Source: Candidatus Ratteibacteria bacterium
GTDB lineage: Bacteria; CAZDME01; JAYEMH01
Length of the DNA stretch: 52,660 nucleotides
Reading direction: 5' to 3'
Assembly (NCBI GenBank): GCA_034717985.1
Contig: JAYEMH010000005.1
Span: 1-52,660 of the forward strand
The position numbers and the translations under genes are program-made. The notes beneath the pieces were generated by a model, which did no database searches, had not been told where the DNA came from, and saw only the letters and a program-made list of their open reading frames with translations. Shown here in pieces: positions 7,852 through 17,531 of this stretch (the stretch's first letter is position 1; each line of letters opens with the position of its first letter).

Positions 7852-8370
7852 TCAAAGGAAGTCGGTTTCTAATCCTTTGGCCATAAGATATCCTCTTGCT
7901 CTTTCAGCCAATCTGTATCGAGACACAATCTTCCAGAAAGCTCTGCTATGATTGGGTTCGATTATATGCGCCATCTCATGGAAAACAACATAATCCCTTA
8001 CCCAGGGCGGCATCTCGAGAAGACGATGTGATATCCGAATAGTCCTTGCCTCATAATTACAACAGCCAAACTTTTTATGCTGGTCGGTGACATACTCTAT
8101 TCCTTTAATCTTTAACCTGCCGCCAAAGTATCTTTCGTTTAACCTTTCCGCTATATCTCTCAGGTCTTCCTTGGCATTGAGCTCCTTCTTGAGTGTTCTC
8201 CTTTCAAATCGTTTCTTAAAATTATTAATAACCTTCTCAAGTCTAACCTCTGATATATCGGCTGGGGCATTGATATACATTGTATCCTCAACAAAACGCG
8301 CGCCAATTGTTTTCCGCCGCTTACTACTTCGGCTAATTTTTACTTCCATTATTCTCTCGCATCTATTCAT
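7852..8370 (-). CDS. YgjP-like (DUF45) M48-family metal-dependent hydrolase
   Basis: It carries HEMAH followed by NHSRAFW, the DUF45 signature. The track ORF (to 8499) overlaps pcm, so a start at M44 (8370) or M51 (8349) is more likely. Confidence 0.7.
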   Translation of the reverse strand: MNRCERIMEVKISRSSKRRKTIGARFVEDTMYINAPADISEVRLEKVINNFKKRFERRTLKKELNAKEDLRDIAERLNERYFGGRLKIKGIEYVTDQHKKFGCCNYEARTIRISHRLLEMPPWVRDYVVFHEMAHIIEPNHSRAFWKIVSRYRLAERARGYLMAKGLETDFL

Positions 8371-8390
8371 CACTCCGGACAAAAGCGGCT

Positions 8391-9143
8391 TTAGTAATCG
8401 GAGACCCCTTGACCGGTCATCGGCACAAACCTGACCGGAATAATACTTTTGGTTTTTATCCGGCCATTTAGCTTTTCTACCAACTTTAATTCCTGCCAAT
8501 GAACACCCAGCGGAACAACCATCCTCCCCCCTTCGGCCAATTGTTCAATAAGGGGTTGAGGTATATCCGGCGGGGCGCAGGTGATAATAATTGCCTCAAA
8601 AGGTGCATATTCCTCCCAACCGAGATATCCATCGCCACACTTGACCTTAATATTTTCATAACCCAATTCCTTAAGGAGTTTTTCTGCTCGCTTGGCTAAT
8701 GGCTCTACTATTTCAATGCTGTATACCTCTTTTGTCAGTTCAGCTAATATAGCCGCTTGATAGCCGGAGCCGGTCCCGATTTCTAAAACCCTCTCATCGC
8801 CTTTCAATCTCAACAGGTCAGTCATCAAGGCGACAATATAGGGTTGGGAGATTGTTTGACTTTCGCCGATAGGCAAAGGTTTATCCATATAAGCAAGGTG
8901 GCGATATTGGGGTGGCACAAATAGATGCCTCTTTACCCTGCGCATTGCCTTTAACAAGGCTCTATTTTTAATGCCCCTTGCTTCGATTTGCGAACTGACC
9001 ATTTCTTCGCGCCGGTTATTGAAATCCAAATCCGACCGGGTAGAGACTTCAGCAAAACCAATTTTGCCAATCAAAATCAATAAAAATAAAATTAGTCCCC
9101 AGAATAAATTCTTATTTCTTAAACTCCAGCTTTTGCTTAGCAT
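8391..9143 (-). CDS. pcm: Protein-L-isoaspartate O-methyltransferase with an N-terminal signal/anchor
   Basis: It contains ISQPYIVALMTDLL and VLEIGTGSGYQAAILAEL (SAM motif I). The N-terminus has the hydrophobic stretch LFWGLILFLLILIG. Confidence 0.9.
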   Translation of the reverse strand: MLSKSWSLRNKNLFWGLILFLLILIGKIGFAEVSTRSDLDFNNRREEMVSSQIEARGIKNRALLKAMRRVKRHLFVPPQYRHLAYMDKPLPIGESQTISQPYIVALMTDLLRLKGDERVLEIGTGSGYQAAILAELTKEVYSIEIVEPLAKRAEKLLKELGYENIKVKCGDGYLGWEEYAPFEAIIITCAPPDIPQPLIEQLAEGGRMVVPLGVHWQELKLVEKLNGRIKTKSIIPVRFVPMTGQGVSDY

Positions 9144-9625
9144 AATTGACTATATTTAATTTTTATCTGCTCTTTCACTAAATTTTGCTTATCAACCTTT
9201 GATTCCTGAATAGAAAATTTAAAAACTCTCTTTGCTCCCCTGTCTTTTACTTCTTTTTCCATTATGTCTAAACAACGTCTTACCCCCACCCCGCTCCCAT
9301 AAGTAACAAATAAAATAACATCTTTACCCTCTATGCCTTTACATTCATTTAAATATCTATTCATCGCCGGAACCGGTGCAAAAGCCCAAACCGGCGTTCC
9401 CAGACAAATAAGAGCGTATTCCGAAAGGTCTGTCTTGGCCGCTTTGAGTTTCGCTTTTGCTCTTCTAAATGCCCGCACCGCTTGAGTAAAAAAGGCATTT
9501 GGTTCATCAATGGCCTCTAATTTAATTACCTCAACAAAGCCGTCTTCTTTAATATGTTCACTTAATATTTCGGCAACCCTGGCCGTATTCCCTGTATGAG
9601 AGTAATAAATAATAATTGATTTCAT
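9137..9625 (-). CDS. Flavodoxin-family protein
   Basis: MKSIIIYYSHTGNTARVAEIL is the flavodoxin FMN-binding loop pattern (S/T-x-T-G-x-T). Confidence 0.7.
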   Translation of the reverse strand: MKSIIIYYSHTGNTARVAEILSEHIKEDGFVEVIKLEAIDEPNAFFTQAVRAFRRAKAKLKAAKTDLSEYALICLGTPVWAFAPVPAMNRYLNECKGIEGKDVILFVTYGSGVGVRRCLDIMEKEVKDRGAKRVFKFSIQESKVDKQNLVKEQIKIKYSQLC

Positions 9626-9702
9626 TCCATCCTCCAATTTTTGTTTATTAAATCCTGTGAATTACACCTGCCGGGCGGTGGTATTACAATGTTAACGCGG
9701 AG

Positions 9703-11127
9703 TTAGCGTAATCGTTGAATATCTCTTTCTACAACTAAATTATCTGTCATTCTTAACCATTCGATTACAAGCTTTTTATATGACATATTGTGTAGTATCT
9801 TATTGAAACGATTATTGTCAAAAACATTCACTGCATCAATATAATCGTTGAGCGTTATTTTCCCAAATGAATAATTCTCCGTTTCATCTTTCAAAACTGA
9901 TTTTGCGAGGGCGATTTTTTCTTTGGCAATACTCAAAAGCTCTTTTTCGCTCTCCATCCCAATAGATAAATTTTTAATATCTGTGTATAGTTTAAAATGC
10001 GTGCCGACGGCAGATAGTTTTGTCTTCTCCAAGGCGATCTTCGCGGTTTCGTATTCAGCCTTCTCTACCTGTCCAGGAAACGGCCACTCTATTGATAAGC
10101 CCGCATAAGCCGTATTATCTTCATTTTTTATGCCCCAATCTTTTCCTTTAACCTTGCAGCCTAAAAGCAAATCTATCGACGGCAAAAGAGCATTGGCATC
10201 TTCATTAACCTTTAATGAGCTTTTTTCTTCCAACAGATTAAGCATCTTATAGGTTCGGCTTTCTTTCTCGAAAACTCCGTAATCCTCGTTAAATGAAATT
10301 GTAATCTCATCATAGAGATAAGGTTCTTTTGGTATTATTTCCTCGTTCCCTTCCAAGCGAATCGCTTTCTTAACAAAGTTAAGGGCCTTGTCGTATTCTT
10401 TTTTAAGTTCAATAAGCTTTTCCCTTTTAGCCAAAACCTGCAAACTGATTTTATTGACATCGATAGGAAGCGCTATACTAGCCTTCCGGCGTTCTCTAAT
10501 ATTACCTAATAATTTCGTGTTTTCCTGATAAGAGGACTCACCTATCTTTAAATTTTCATATGCTTGGTACCAATCGTAGTAACCCGCGATGAGAACGGCT
10601 AAATAGTCTTCATAAGCCTCAACGATTTGATGCCTGGCAACGTCAATTTCAATACCGATAATTTTATCTTGCAGTTTAGTAGCCTTACCAAAGGCGTTTT
10701 TCGCTATTGGCTGGGACACCTCAAATGTAAATTCGGACGTGCTTTCTGTTGATGTATAGGACGGTGTTACATCATACCCGGCCGTGAGGGTCGTGTCCAC
10801 GGAAGGGAATAATTTGCTAAGTGAGACACCGGCCTCTGTCTCTTCTCTATCCTGGCTTAGAATAAAATCATATTGGCCCTTAACCGAAAACACTATATCC
10901 CGGGCTGGAAGCCCTAAGTCTTTTTCATACTGCAATGAAAGCTCATTAATTAGAATTTTTTCGAATTCAGTATCTTTCCTTGTGGACAGATCGATGAACT
11001 CCCTGATTGAAAGCACAGTATTATTGTTTTGCTTTTGTATTTTAGGACCTTCTTCTGCAGCTAATTTTATTGAAACAAAAACAATCATTAAAACGACAAT
11101 TAATATTAGAACCTTTCTTTTTTGCAT
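9703..11127 (-). CDS. TolC-family outer-membrane efflux protein
   Basis: 474 aa with a signal peptide and a two-fold repeat of long helical segments. It starts 3 nt after the RND pump stop. Confidence 0.65.
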   Translation of the reverse strand: MQKRKVLILIVVLMIVFVSIKLAAEEGPKIQKQNNNTVLSIREFIDLSTRKDTEFEKILINELSLQYEKDLGLPARDIVFSVKGQYDFILSQDREETEAGVSLSKLFPSVDTTLTAGYDVTPSYTSTESTSEFTFEVSQPIAKNAFGKATKLQDKIIGIEIDVARHQIVEAYEDYLAVLIAGYYDWYQAYENLKIGESSYQENTKLLGNIRERRKASIALPIDVNKISLQVLAKREKLIELKKEYDKALNFVKKAIRLEGNEEIIPKEPYLYDEITISFNEDYGVFEKESRTYKMLNLLEEKSSLKVNEDANALLPSIDLLLGCKVKGKDWGIKNEDNTAYAGLSIEWPFPGQVEKAEYETAKIALEKTKLSAVGTHFKLYTDIKNLSIGMESEKELLSIAKEKIALAKSVLKDETENYSFGKITLNDYIDAVNVFDNNRFNKILHNMSYKKLVIEWLRMTDNLVVERDIQRLR

Positions 11128-11130
11128 ATT

Positions 11131-14100
11131 TTAAATCCTTATAAGATTGGACAATTTATGTTCCAAGTCTTTTGAAAAAGAGTAAGCGCACGGAATAAGT
11201 ATTAAGGTAATAAGTGTTCCAAAAAGAAGCCCCCATGTCAATGCCAGCATCATCTCTGCAAGCATGGCGTCGTATCCGGTAAATCCATATGTGGTTGGCA
11301 GAAGACCCGCGACCGTCGTAAGCGTGGTGAGTATAACTGCCTTTAACCTGGTCTTTGCTATGGAAGAAATTTGTTCATCTGAGCCTTCTTTTCCCCGGGT
11401 CTTATCGAATTTCTTTTCTAATTTTACAAGCATGATAATAGAATCATTAACAACAACGCCTGCCAATCCTATCGCTCCAATAGCCGCAAAAAAGCCAAAC
11501 AAGACTTTACCGTGCAGCCAGAAGGCAAGCACTATCCCCACAACACCGAATGGAATTGCCAGCATGATAATAATAGGCTTGGTCAATGAGTTTAATAACA
11601 GAACCAGAACTATATATATAAATAAAACTGCCATAATTACAGCATTGGTAAAATCCCCTTTGGATTCACGCGTATCTTTCACTTCTCCTTCGAAATTAAG
11701 AAGGGTCGTAGGGTATTTAGATAAAATTTCGGGAAATTCCTTGTTTTCAAAATCTTCAGCTATTTCAACAGGGGTTAAATCCGCCCCGGCCTTTATATCG
11801 GAAAAGACTGTTGTAATCCTTTTGGCGTCTTTCCTTTCAATAGAATTAGGGGTGGAGGTTTTCTTAACATCAACTATATCCCTTAAAGGAACCAGATAAT
11901 TCCTGGTATTCTCTATCGGGATATCAAGAATTTTCTCGATATCGACTTTTGCCTGCTCAACAATAGTAAAACGAACGTCTATTTCTTCATCACCTTGCAG
12001 CAACTCGTAAATAACCGTTCCTTCAAGGGCGGCTCTTAAAGTAGAGGCAACATCACCCGAATTTATAGACAAGCTTTTAATCTTTTCGCGGTCGAGGCTG
12101 ATTTTATATTCCGAGTTTTGCAAAGGGCGGTCTATTTCAACATTTTCAAGTGCGGGATGCTGTTTCATTGACAGGGCAAGCTGTTCAGCTATCCCCTCTC
12201 TTATTTCATTATCATTTTCCTGGATAATTAGCTCTATCGGGCTTCCGCTGGCATGACCCCATCTGCTTTTGACGGCTTTTACCTCTTTAAGATCTTTAAT
12301 ATCTGTAAATTGCTTTTCCCACTCTTTAATAAGCCAGTCTGCTGACTTCCTGCGTTTTTCCTTGGGCAGAATTTCAATTCTCATCCGGAATTTATTCTCT
12401 TCAATCGCTCTGCCCCATCTGTTTCTAGCAATCCGTGTTCTAAAACCTATTACTTCTTTTCCGAGATACGGGGCAATGATATCCTCAACCTGCTTTGTCA
12501 GTTCGGCAGTTTCATGTCTGTCTGCCTGGGGAGATGCCTCGCCGGTTAAACGAATTTCCCTTGTTTCTTCACGCGGAAACATAACATACTTCATCTTTGT
12601 TTTGACGATATATCCGGAAAAAATAAAGAGTACGATAAAAGCTGTAAATATAAACAATTTGAAAGGCAGAATCTTCTTTAGAATCTTCCCGTAAGAATCT
12701 TCAACTTTATTAAACCAGTGTGCTTTCTCTTTCTTAGGCATTGTCTTCCTGTGTTTACCTGAAAGTTTACTGAATATCGGGAAATCCAGGTGCATATGTC
12801 CGGGAAGTATCAACAGTGATTCAAAAAGGCTCGCCCCGAGCATACAAAATATAACCGGTGGAATATATACAAGCATCTTGCCAAACCGGGCGCGAAAGAA
12901 GAATAGAGGGACAAAAGCAATGCATGTAGTGAGAATACTTGCGACTATGGGAGTAAAAACAAATGCTGTCCCTTTAACGGTAGCTTGTTCGGATGACAGG
13001 CCTTCCGAACGCAATCGAGTTATATTTTCCGACACCACAATAGCATCATCAACGATCATGCCTAAAACTATAATAACGGCGGCGAGGGTTATATTGTTTA
13101 TCGTGTAGCCTATCATTACCATGCAAATCATCGAAAAGCAAAGCGTAAAAGGTATACCCACTGCCACCCAGACAGCGGATCTGAAATTCAGGAAAACAAA
13201 GAGCATAATGAGTATCAATATGAATCCTATAGAACCGTTCGTTACAACAAGAGATAACCTGTTTTTTAAATCCACAGATTCATCATCAAGGGTAGTAAGC
13301 TCAATCCCCGTATCCTTGAGACTGTTCTTTTGGAAGTCCTTAATTTGCTTTTTTACAGCTTCAAGCGCCTCGAGTATCCCGTAAGAAGTATTTTTAACTA
13401 CTCTTAGCATTATTCCTTCGTGGCCGTTAACCTTGATTATCGCCTTATTCTTCTTAAAGCCGCGATTAATATCAGCTACTTCTTTGAGTCTTACAACCTG
13501 ACCCTCAAAACCTCCCTGTATTATAAGGTCTTCCAATTTATCAACTGTATCAAGCTCGGAGAGTAGTGTTACTTTCGGTTCGCTTTTTGTTTCTATATTT
13601 CCGGCAGGCTGACGAACATGGTTGTTTTTAACTTCCTCCATTACAGTATTAAAAGGTATATTGAATTTCCTCAATTTCTCCGGCCTAACCATTATCCGTA
13701 TCTCTTCCTGCAGATAACCGGATTTTTCAATGCTGTTTATTTCGGGCAGATTCAGAAACTGCTGCTCCAGAGTATATGCATACTGCTGCAGCCGTTTGCG
13801 TGATTTAGTATCAAGAAGATGTCTTTGTGTATCGATTAAAGCTACATCTATAATAGCCATTTTTGTAGTCTTCCATACATGTACCTCTGGATCATCGATG
13901 ACATCATCAGGAAGATTTACATCCAGCGCCGCACTTCTTAGTTCCATCAAGGCTTCATCAAGATTAGAATAGTCCTGTTCAAACTCTACAGTTATATTAG
14001 CACCTCCGTCGGTGGAAGTGCTTGTAATCCTGTAAATACCATCAATACCTCTTACCTGTTCTTCGAAGGGTTTGGTAACAAAATGTTCGACTTCTTCGGC

Positions 14101-14271
14101 AGTTGCGCCAGGATAACTTGCTGTTATGTTCGCATGGTCAAAGTCAATATCCGGCATTTCCTCCTTGCCTGTGTTGTTCCAGGCAAATATACCACCAATC
14201 AAAACAGCGATTAGGATAAGATTGGTAAGAAGATGTCTTCCGGCAAAATAAGCTATTATTTTCTCTATCAT
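11131..14271 (-). CDS. RND-family efflux transporter permease (AcrB/CzcA-like)
   Basis: 1046 aa. It has two large periplasmic loops and 12 predicted TM segments, including the typical GIVVDDAIVVSENI-type motif (MIVDDAIVVSENI). Confidence 0.9.
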   Translation of the reverse strand: MIEKIIAYFAGRHLLTNLILIAVLIGGIFAWNNTGKEEMPDIDFDHANITASYPGATAEEVEHFVTKPFEEQVRGIDGIYRITSTSTDGGANITVEFEQDYSNLDEALMELRSAALDVNLPDDVIDDPEVHVWKTTKMAIIDVALIDTQRHLLDTKSRKRLQQYAYTLEQQFLNLPEINSIEKSGYLQEEIRIMVRPEKLRKFNIPFNTVMEEVKNNHVRQPAGNIETKSEPKVTLLSELDTVDKLEDLIIQGGFEGQVVRLKEVADINRGFKKNKAIIKVNGHEGIMLRVVKNTSYGILEALEAVKKQIKDFQKNSLKDTGIELTTLDDESVDLKNRLSLVVTNGSIGFILILIMLFVFLNFRSAVWVAVGIPFTLCFSMICMVMIGYTINNITLAAVIIVLGMIVDDAIVVSENITRLRSEGLSSEQATVKGTAFVFTPIVASILTTCIAFVPLFFFRARFGKMLVYIPPVIFCMLGASLFESLLILPGHMHLDFPIFSKLSGKHRKTMPKKEKAHWFNKVEDSYGKILKKILPFKLFIFTAFIVLFIFSGYIVKTKMKYVMFPREETREIRLTGEASPQADRHETAELTKQVEDIIAPYLGKEVIGFRTRIARNRWGRAIEENKFRMRIEILPKEKRRKSADWLIKEWEKQFTDIKDLKEVKAVKSRWGHASGSPIELIIQENDNEIREGIAEQLALSMKQHPALENVEIDRPLQNSEYKISLDREKIKSLSINSGDVASTLRAALEGTVIYELLQGDEEIDVRFTIVEQAKVDIEKILDIPIENTRNYLVPLRDIVDVKKTSTPNSIERKDAKRITTVFSDIKAGADLTPVEIAEDFENKEFPEILSKYPTTLLNFEGEVKDTRESKGDFTNAVIMAVLFIYIVLVLLLNSLTKPIIIMLAIPFGVVGIVLAFWLHGKVLFGFFAAIGAIGLAGVVVNDSIIMLVKLEKKFDKTRGKEGSDEQISSIAKTRLKAVILTTLTTVAGLLPTTYGFTGYDAMLAEMMLALTWGLLFGTLITLILIPCAYSFSKDLEHKLSNLIRI

Positions 14272-14442
14272 AACTATTAGTATATGGTTTTATGCCTGTA
14301 ATTGAAGGGAAGGAAGCGCCGGTTTCGTAGCGAGTATGTCCCTATATTCTTATTGGAAGTATACCCCCTCGCCTAAACATTCAAAAAATCTCTACGATAT
14401 TTTTTAAATAGGCTTCGGGATAGTTTTCCTTCGCAAAACTTA

Positions 14443-14532
14443 TGGCGGAGGAGAGAGGATTCGAACCCCTGAGAGTCTTTCGACTCTAACGGTTTTCAAG
14501 ACCGCCGCCTTCAACCGCTCAGCCACTCCTCC
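14443..14532 (-). tRNA. tRNA-Ser (anticodon TGA), CCA encoded
   Basis: Reverse complement: GGAGGAG acceptor stem, anticodon stem GCGGT/ACCGT with loop CTTGAAA, long variable arm, GGTTCGAATCC, terminal GCCA. Confidence 0.9.
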
Positions 14533-14572
14533 GTACTTCCCGTTTGCCAGTTTGCCTGTTCTCCTGTTAACC

Positions 14573-14628
14573 GGTTAACTGGTTAACTGGTTAACTGGTT
14601 AACTGGCCAGCCGGACAACTGGTTAACT
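14573..14628. repeat. Tandem 8-mer GGTTAACT (4 contiguous copies plus one more overlapping the serS stop)
   Basis: ccGGTTAACTGGTTAACTGGTTAACTGGTTAACTggccagccggacaactGGTTAACT. Each unit contains the palindrome GTTAAC. Confidence 0.85.
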
Positions 14629-15916
14629 ATTTATTCTTCTCTATCTTCTCCATCCCATCCATATACGGGCAGAGGACTTCGGGAATGGTAATTGAGCCGT
14701 CTTTATTCTGATAATTCTCAAGCAGGGCAATGACGGTGCGCGCCAGGGCGACACCCGAACCATTTAAGGTATGAACATATTCCGTATTCCGTATTCCGTA
14801 TTCCGTATCTCGTCTGTATTTAATATTCGCCCGGCGGGCCTGGAAATCTTCAAAATTACTGCAGGAAGAAATCTCTAAATACCTTTCCAGTCCGGGCGCC
14901 CAGGTTTCGATATCATAACATTTGGTCCCGGCAAAACTCAAATCGCCGGTTGACAACAAAGATATCCGATAGGGCAGGCCTAAAAGCTGGACTATTTCCT
15001 CGGCGTCCACCAGCAGTTTTTCCAGCTCCTCATACGAACTTTCCGGCTTGACCAACTTGACCAATTCAACTTTATTAAACTGATGCACCCGGGTTAAGCC
15101 CACGGTATTCTTTCCGTAAGAACCGGCTTCCCTGCGAAAGCAGGCCGTATAAGCGGCATAAGAACGAGGTAAGTCCTTCTCCTCAAGAATTTCGCCGGCA
15201 TTGATATTAGTCAGGGGCACCTCGCCGGTGGGAATGAGAAAATAATCATCCCGGCGGAGGCGATACATATCATCTTCTAATTTCGGCAGCTGTCCGGTAT
15301 TTATCATACTCGCTCGATTGACGAGATAGGGAGGAAAAACCTCGATATAGCCGTGTTTCCCGGTGTGTAAATCCAGCATAAAATTTATCAGGGCGCGTTC
15401 CAGCCTGGCCCCCTGGCCGATATAAAGAGGAAAAGCCCGTCCGGTAATTTTTGCCCCCCGGGCAAAATCAATAATCCCCAGGGAATCAGCTAAATCCATA
15501 TGGGTTAAAGGTTTAAAATCAAACCGTCGGGGTTCACCCCGGCTTTTGACCACTTTATTAGAATCGGAACCAGCTCCGACGGGGACTGATTCATGGGGAA
15601 TATTAGGAACAGTCAAAAGAAGCGTATCTAATCTTTCGGCAATTTTTAGCAGTTTATTATCTAAAGATTTAATCTCGTCAGTCAGTTTTTTCGTCTCGTC
15701 AATTTTCTTTTCTGCTTTTTTCTTTTGTCTCAGCAAATCTCCGATTTCACGGGATACAACATTTTTTTCGCTTTTTAATTTTTCTACCCGGCTGATTACC
15801 TTTCGGCGTATCTCATCCAATTTTAGAATCTCATCCAGATCAACTTTTTCTTTTTTATCTTTAATCGCCTGTTTAACCTTTTCTGCGTTTTCACGAATAA
15901 ATTTTAAATCTAACAT
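14627..15916 (-). CDS. serS: Seryl-tRNA synthetase
   Basis: 429 aa. It has an N-terminal coiled-coil arm and class II motifs (FRREAGS..., [23 protein letters not shown]). Confidence 0.95.
   Translation of the reverse strand: MLDLKFIRENAEKVKQAIKDKKEKVDLDEILKLDEIRRKVISRVEKLKSEKNVVSREIGDLLRQKKKAEKKIDETKKLTDEIKSLDNKLLKIAERLDTLLLTVPNIPHESVPVGAGSDSNKVVKSRGEPRRFDFKPLTHMDLADSLGIIDFARGAKITGRAFPLYIGQGARLERALINFMLDLHTGKHGYIEVFPPYLVNRASMINTGQLPKLEDDMYRLRRDDYFLIPTGEVPLTNINAGEILEEKDLPRSYAAYTACFRREAGSYGKNTVGLTRVHQFNKVELVKLVKPESSYEELEKLLVDAEEIVQLLGLPYRISLLSTGDLSFAGTKCYDIETWAPGLERYLEISSCSNFEDFQARRANIKYRRDTEYGIRNTEYVHTLNGSGVALARTVIALLENYQNKDGSITIPEVLCPYMDGMEKIEKNK
14781..14808. repeat. Tandem 7-mer TCCGTAT x4 inside the serS coding sequence
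   Basis: tccgtattccgtattccgtattccgtat read directly. It encodes part of [11 protein letters not shown], just before the conserved VHTLNGSG. Confidence 0.85.
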
Positions 15917-16011
15917 TTTTTAATTCCTTTTATCACGGGCTGGGCATACCCAGCCCCTACACATATATTAGAATTCTTTTTACCTATCACCTACTACCTA
16001 TTACCTACAAC

Positions 16012-17469
16012 CTAACCTTTAACTACTCCCATAGGCTTCATCTTAGCCACTTTCCTGGAAATTCCCGCTTGCTGGACGATATTAACCACATCATTAATGT
16101 TTTTATAAGCATCCGGGGCTTCCTCAGATAAAGTGCCGCGGGATTTCGCCCGCACCATTATATTTCGCCTGGCAAGCTCTCTATTTAACTCAGCCACCGG
16201 AAACCTGCGGATGGCTTCTTTTCGGCTCATCAGCCGGCCGGCACCATGACAGGTAGACCCAAACGTTTCCTTCATCGCTCCCTCCGTGCCTACTAATAGA
16301 TAAGATGCCCGGCCCATATCACCGGGGATAATCACCGGCTGGCCAATTTTCCGGTATTTCTCGGGTATCAGGGGATGATTTGGTCCAAAGGAGCGGGTAG
16401 CTCCCTTGCGGTGAACACAGAGTTTTACTTTTCTGCCTTCAAGAACGTGCTCTTCAATTTTAGCAATGTTATGGCAAACATCATAGATTAATTCCATGCC
16501 CAACCCGCCGCCGGAACGTTTAAATATCTTTTTAAATACCCCGCGGGTCCAATGCATAATACATTGCCGGTTAGCCCAGGCATAATTGGCGGCACAGGCC
16601 ATCGCCGAGAGGTAATCCTGCCCTTCGGGGGACATTAGAGGGGCGCAGGATAATTGCCGGTCGGGAAGCTTGATGTCATATTTATTTACCGCCCCCATCA
16701 TCCGGTGAAGATAATCATCACAGACCTGGTGACCAAGCCCGCGAGAACCGCAGTGAATCATAAAAGTAATCTGGCCTTTTTGCAAACCAAAAGCCGAAGC
16801 CAATTCTTTATCAAAGATTTCTTCCACATACTGAATTTCTAAAAAATGATTGCCTGAACCCAAAGTTCCCAACTGATTTGCGCCTCTTTGACGCGCCCGC
16901 TGGCTGATTTTATCCGGATTCGCCCCCTTAATACAGCCTCCATCTTCTGTTACCGCCAGGTCCTCTTGCCAGCCAAAACCGCGGGAGACCGCCCAGGCCG
17001 CCCCTTTAAGGAATACCTCATCTTCTTCCCGGGGAGAAAGCTTTATCGTTCCTTTGGAACCAACGCCGGCGGGAATTTGATAAAAGAGGCCTTCAATAAG
17101 ACTTTTTAATTTATCTTTAAGGTCATCCCGGAATAAATTAGTTTTTCCCATTCTGATCCCGCAATTTATGTCGTACCCAACTCCACCGGGTGAGATAATA
17201 CCGTCTTCCAGGCGAAAAGCGGCCACACCGCCGATAGGAAAGCCGTACCCCCAGTGCATATCAGGCATCGCCATCGAGGCCTTAACAATGCCGGGAAGGG
17301 CGGCTACATTAGCCACCTGGTCAGGGCTTTTGTCCTGAAGAATTTTACTGAGCAGTTTTTCGTCAGCATAAATAATGCCGGGAACGCGCATCCCCGGCTT
17401 ATAATCTCTGGGAATTCTCCAGCGATAATCATCTATCTTCTCTAAATGCCCGACCCATTTCTCAGACAT
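16012..17469 (-). CDS. rtcB: RNA 3'-phosphate ligase RtcB
   Basis: 485 aa. It contains GYDINCGIRM, GSGNHFLEIQ, HCGSRGLGHQV and HGAGR motifs. Confidence 0.95.
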   Translation of the reverse strand: MSEKWVGHLEKIDDYRWRIPRDYKPGMRVPGIIYADEKLLSKILQDKSPDQVANVAALPGIVKASMAMPDMHWGYGFPIGGVAAFRLEDGIISPGGVGYDINCGIRMGKTNLFRDDLKDKLKSLIEGLFYQIPAGVGSKGTIKLSPREEDEVFLKGAAWAVSRGFGWQEDLAVTEDGGCIKGANPDKISQRARQRGANQLGTLGSGNHFLEIQYVEEIFDKELASAFGLQKGQITFMIHCGSRGLGHQVCDDYLHRMMGAVNKYDIKLPDRQLSCAPLMSPEGQDYLSAMACAANYAWANRQCIMHWTRGVFKKIFKRSGGGLGMELIYDVCHNIAKIEEHVLEGRKVKLCVHRKGATRSFGPNHPLIPEKYRKIGQPVIIPGDMGRASYLLVGTEGAMKETFGSTCHGAGRLMSRKEAIRRFPVAELNRELARRNIMVRAKSRGTLSEEAPDAYKNINDVVNIVQQAGISRKVAKMKPMGVVKG

Positions 17470-17531
17470 CTCTCATCCTTTTTTAAAGGAGGTTTAGCCT
17501 CCTTCAACCCTGCACCCAACGTGGTGCGGGG

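Noticed and set aside
8371-8499. N-terminal 43 codons of the track ORF 7852-8499
   Set aside because: They overlap the 3' end of pcm by >100 nt in another frame. DUF45 proteins normally begin close to the ..RS.RRKT.. segment, so an internal ATG (8370 or 8349) is preferred.
11264-13972. Several 60-211-aa plus-strand ORFs inside the RND pump gene
   Set aside because: They are antisense shadows of a 1046-aa gene with clear family motifs. They have no independent support.
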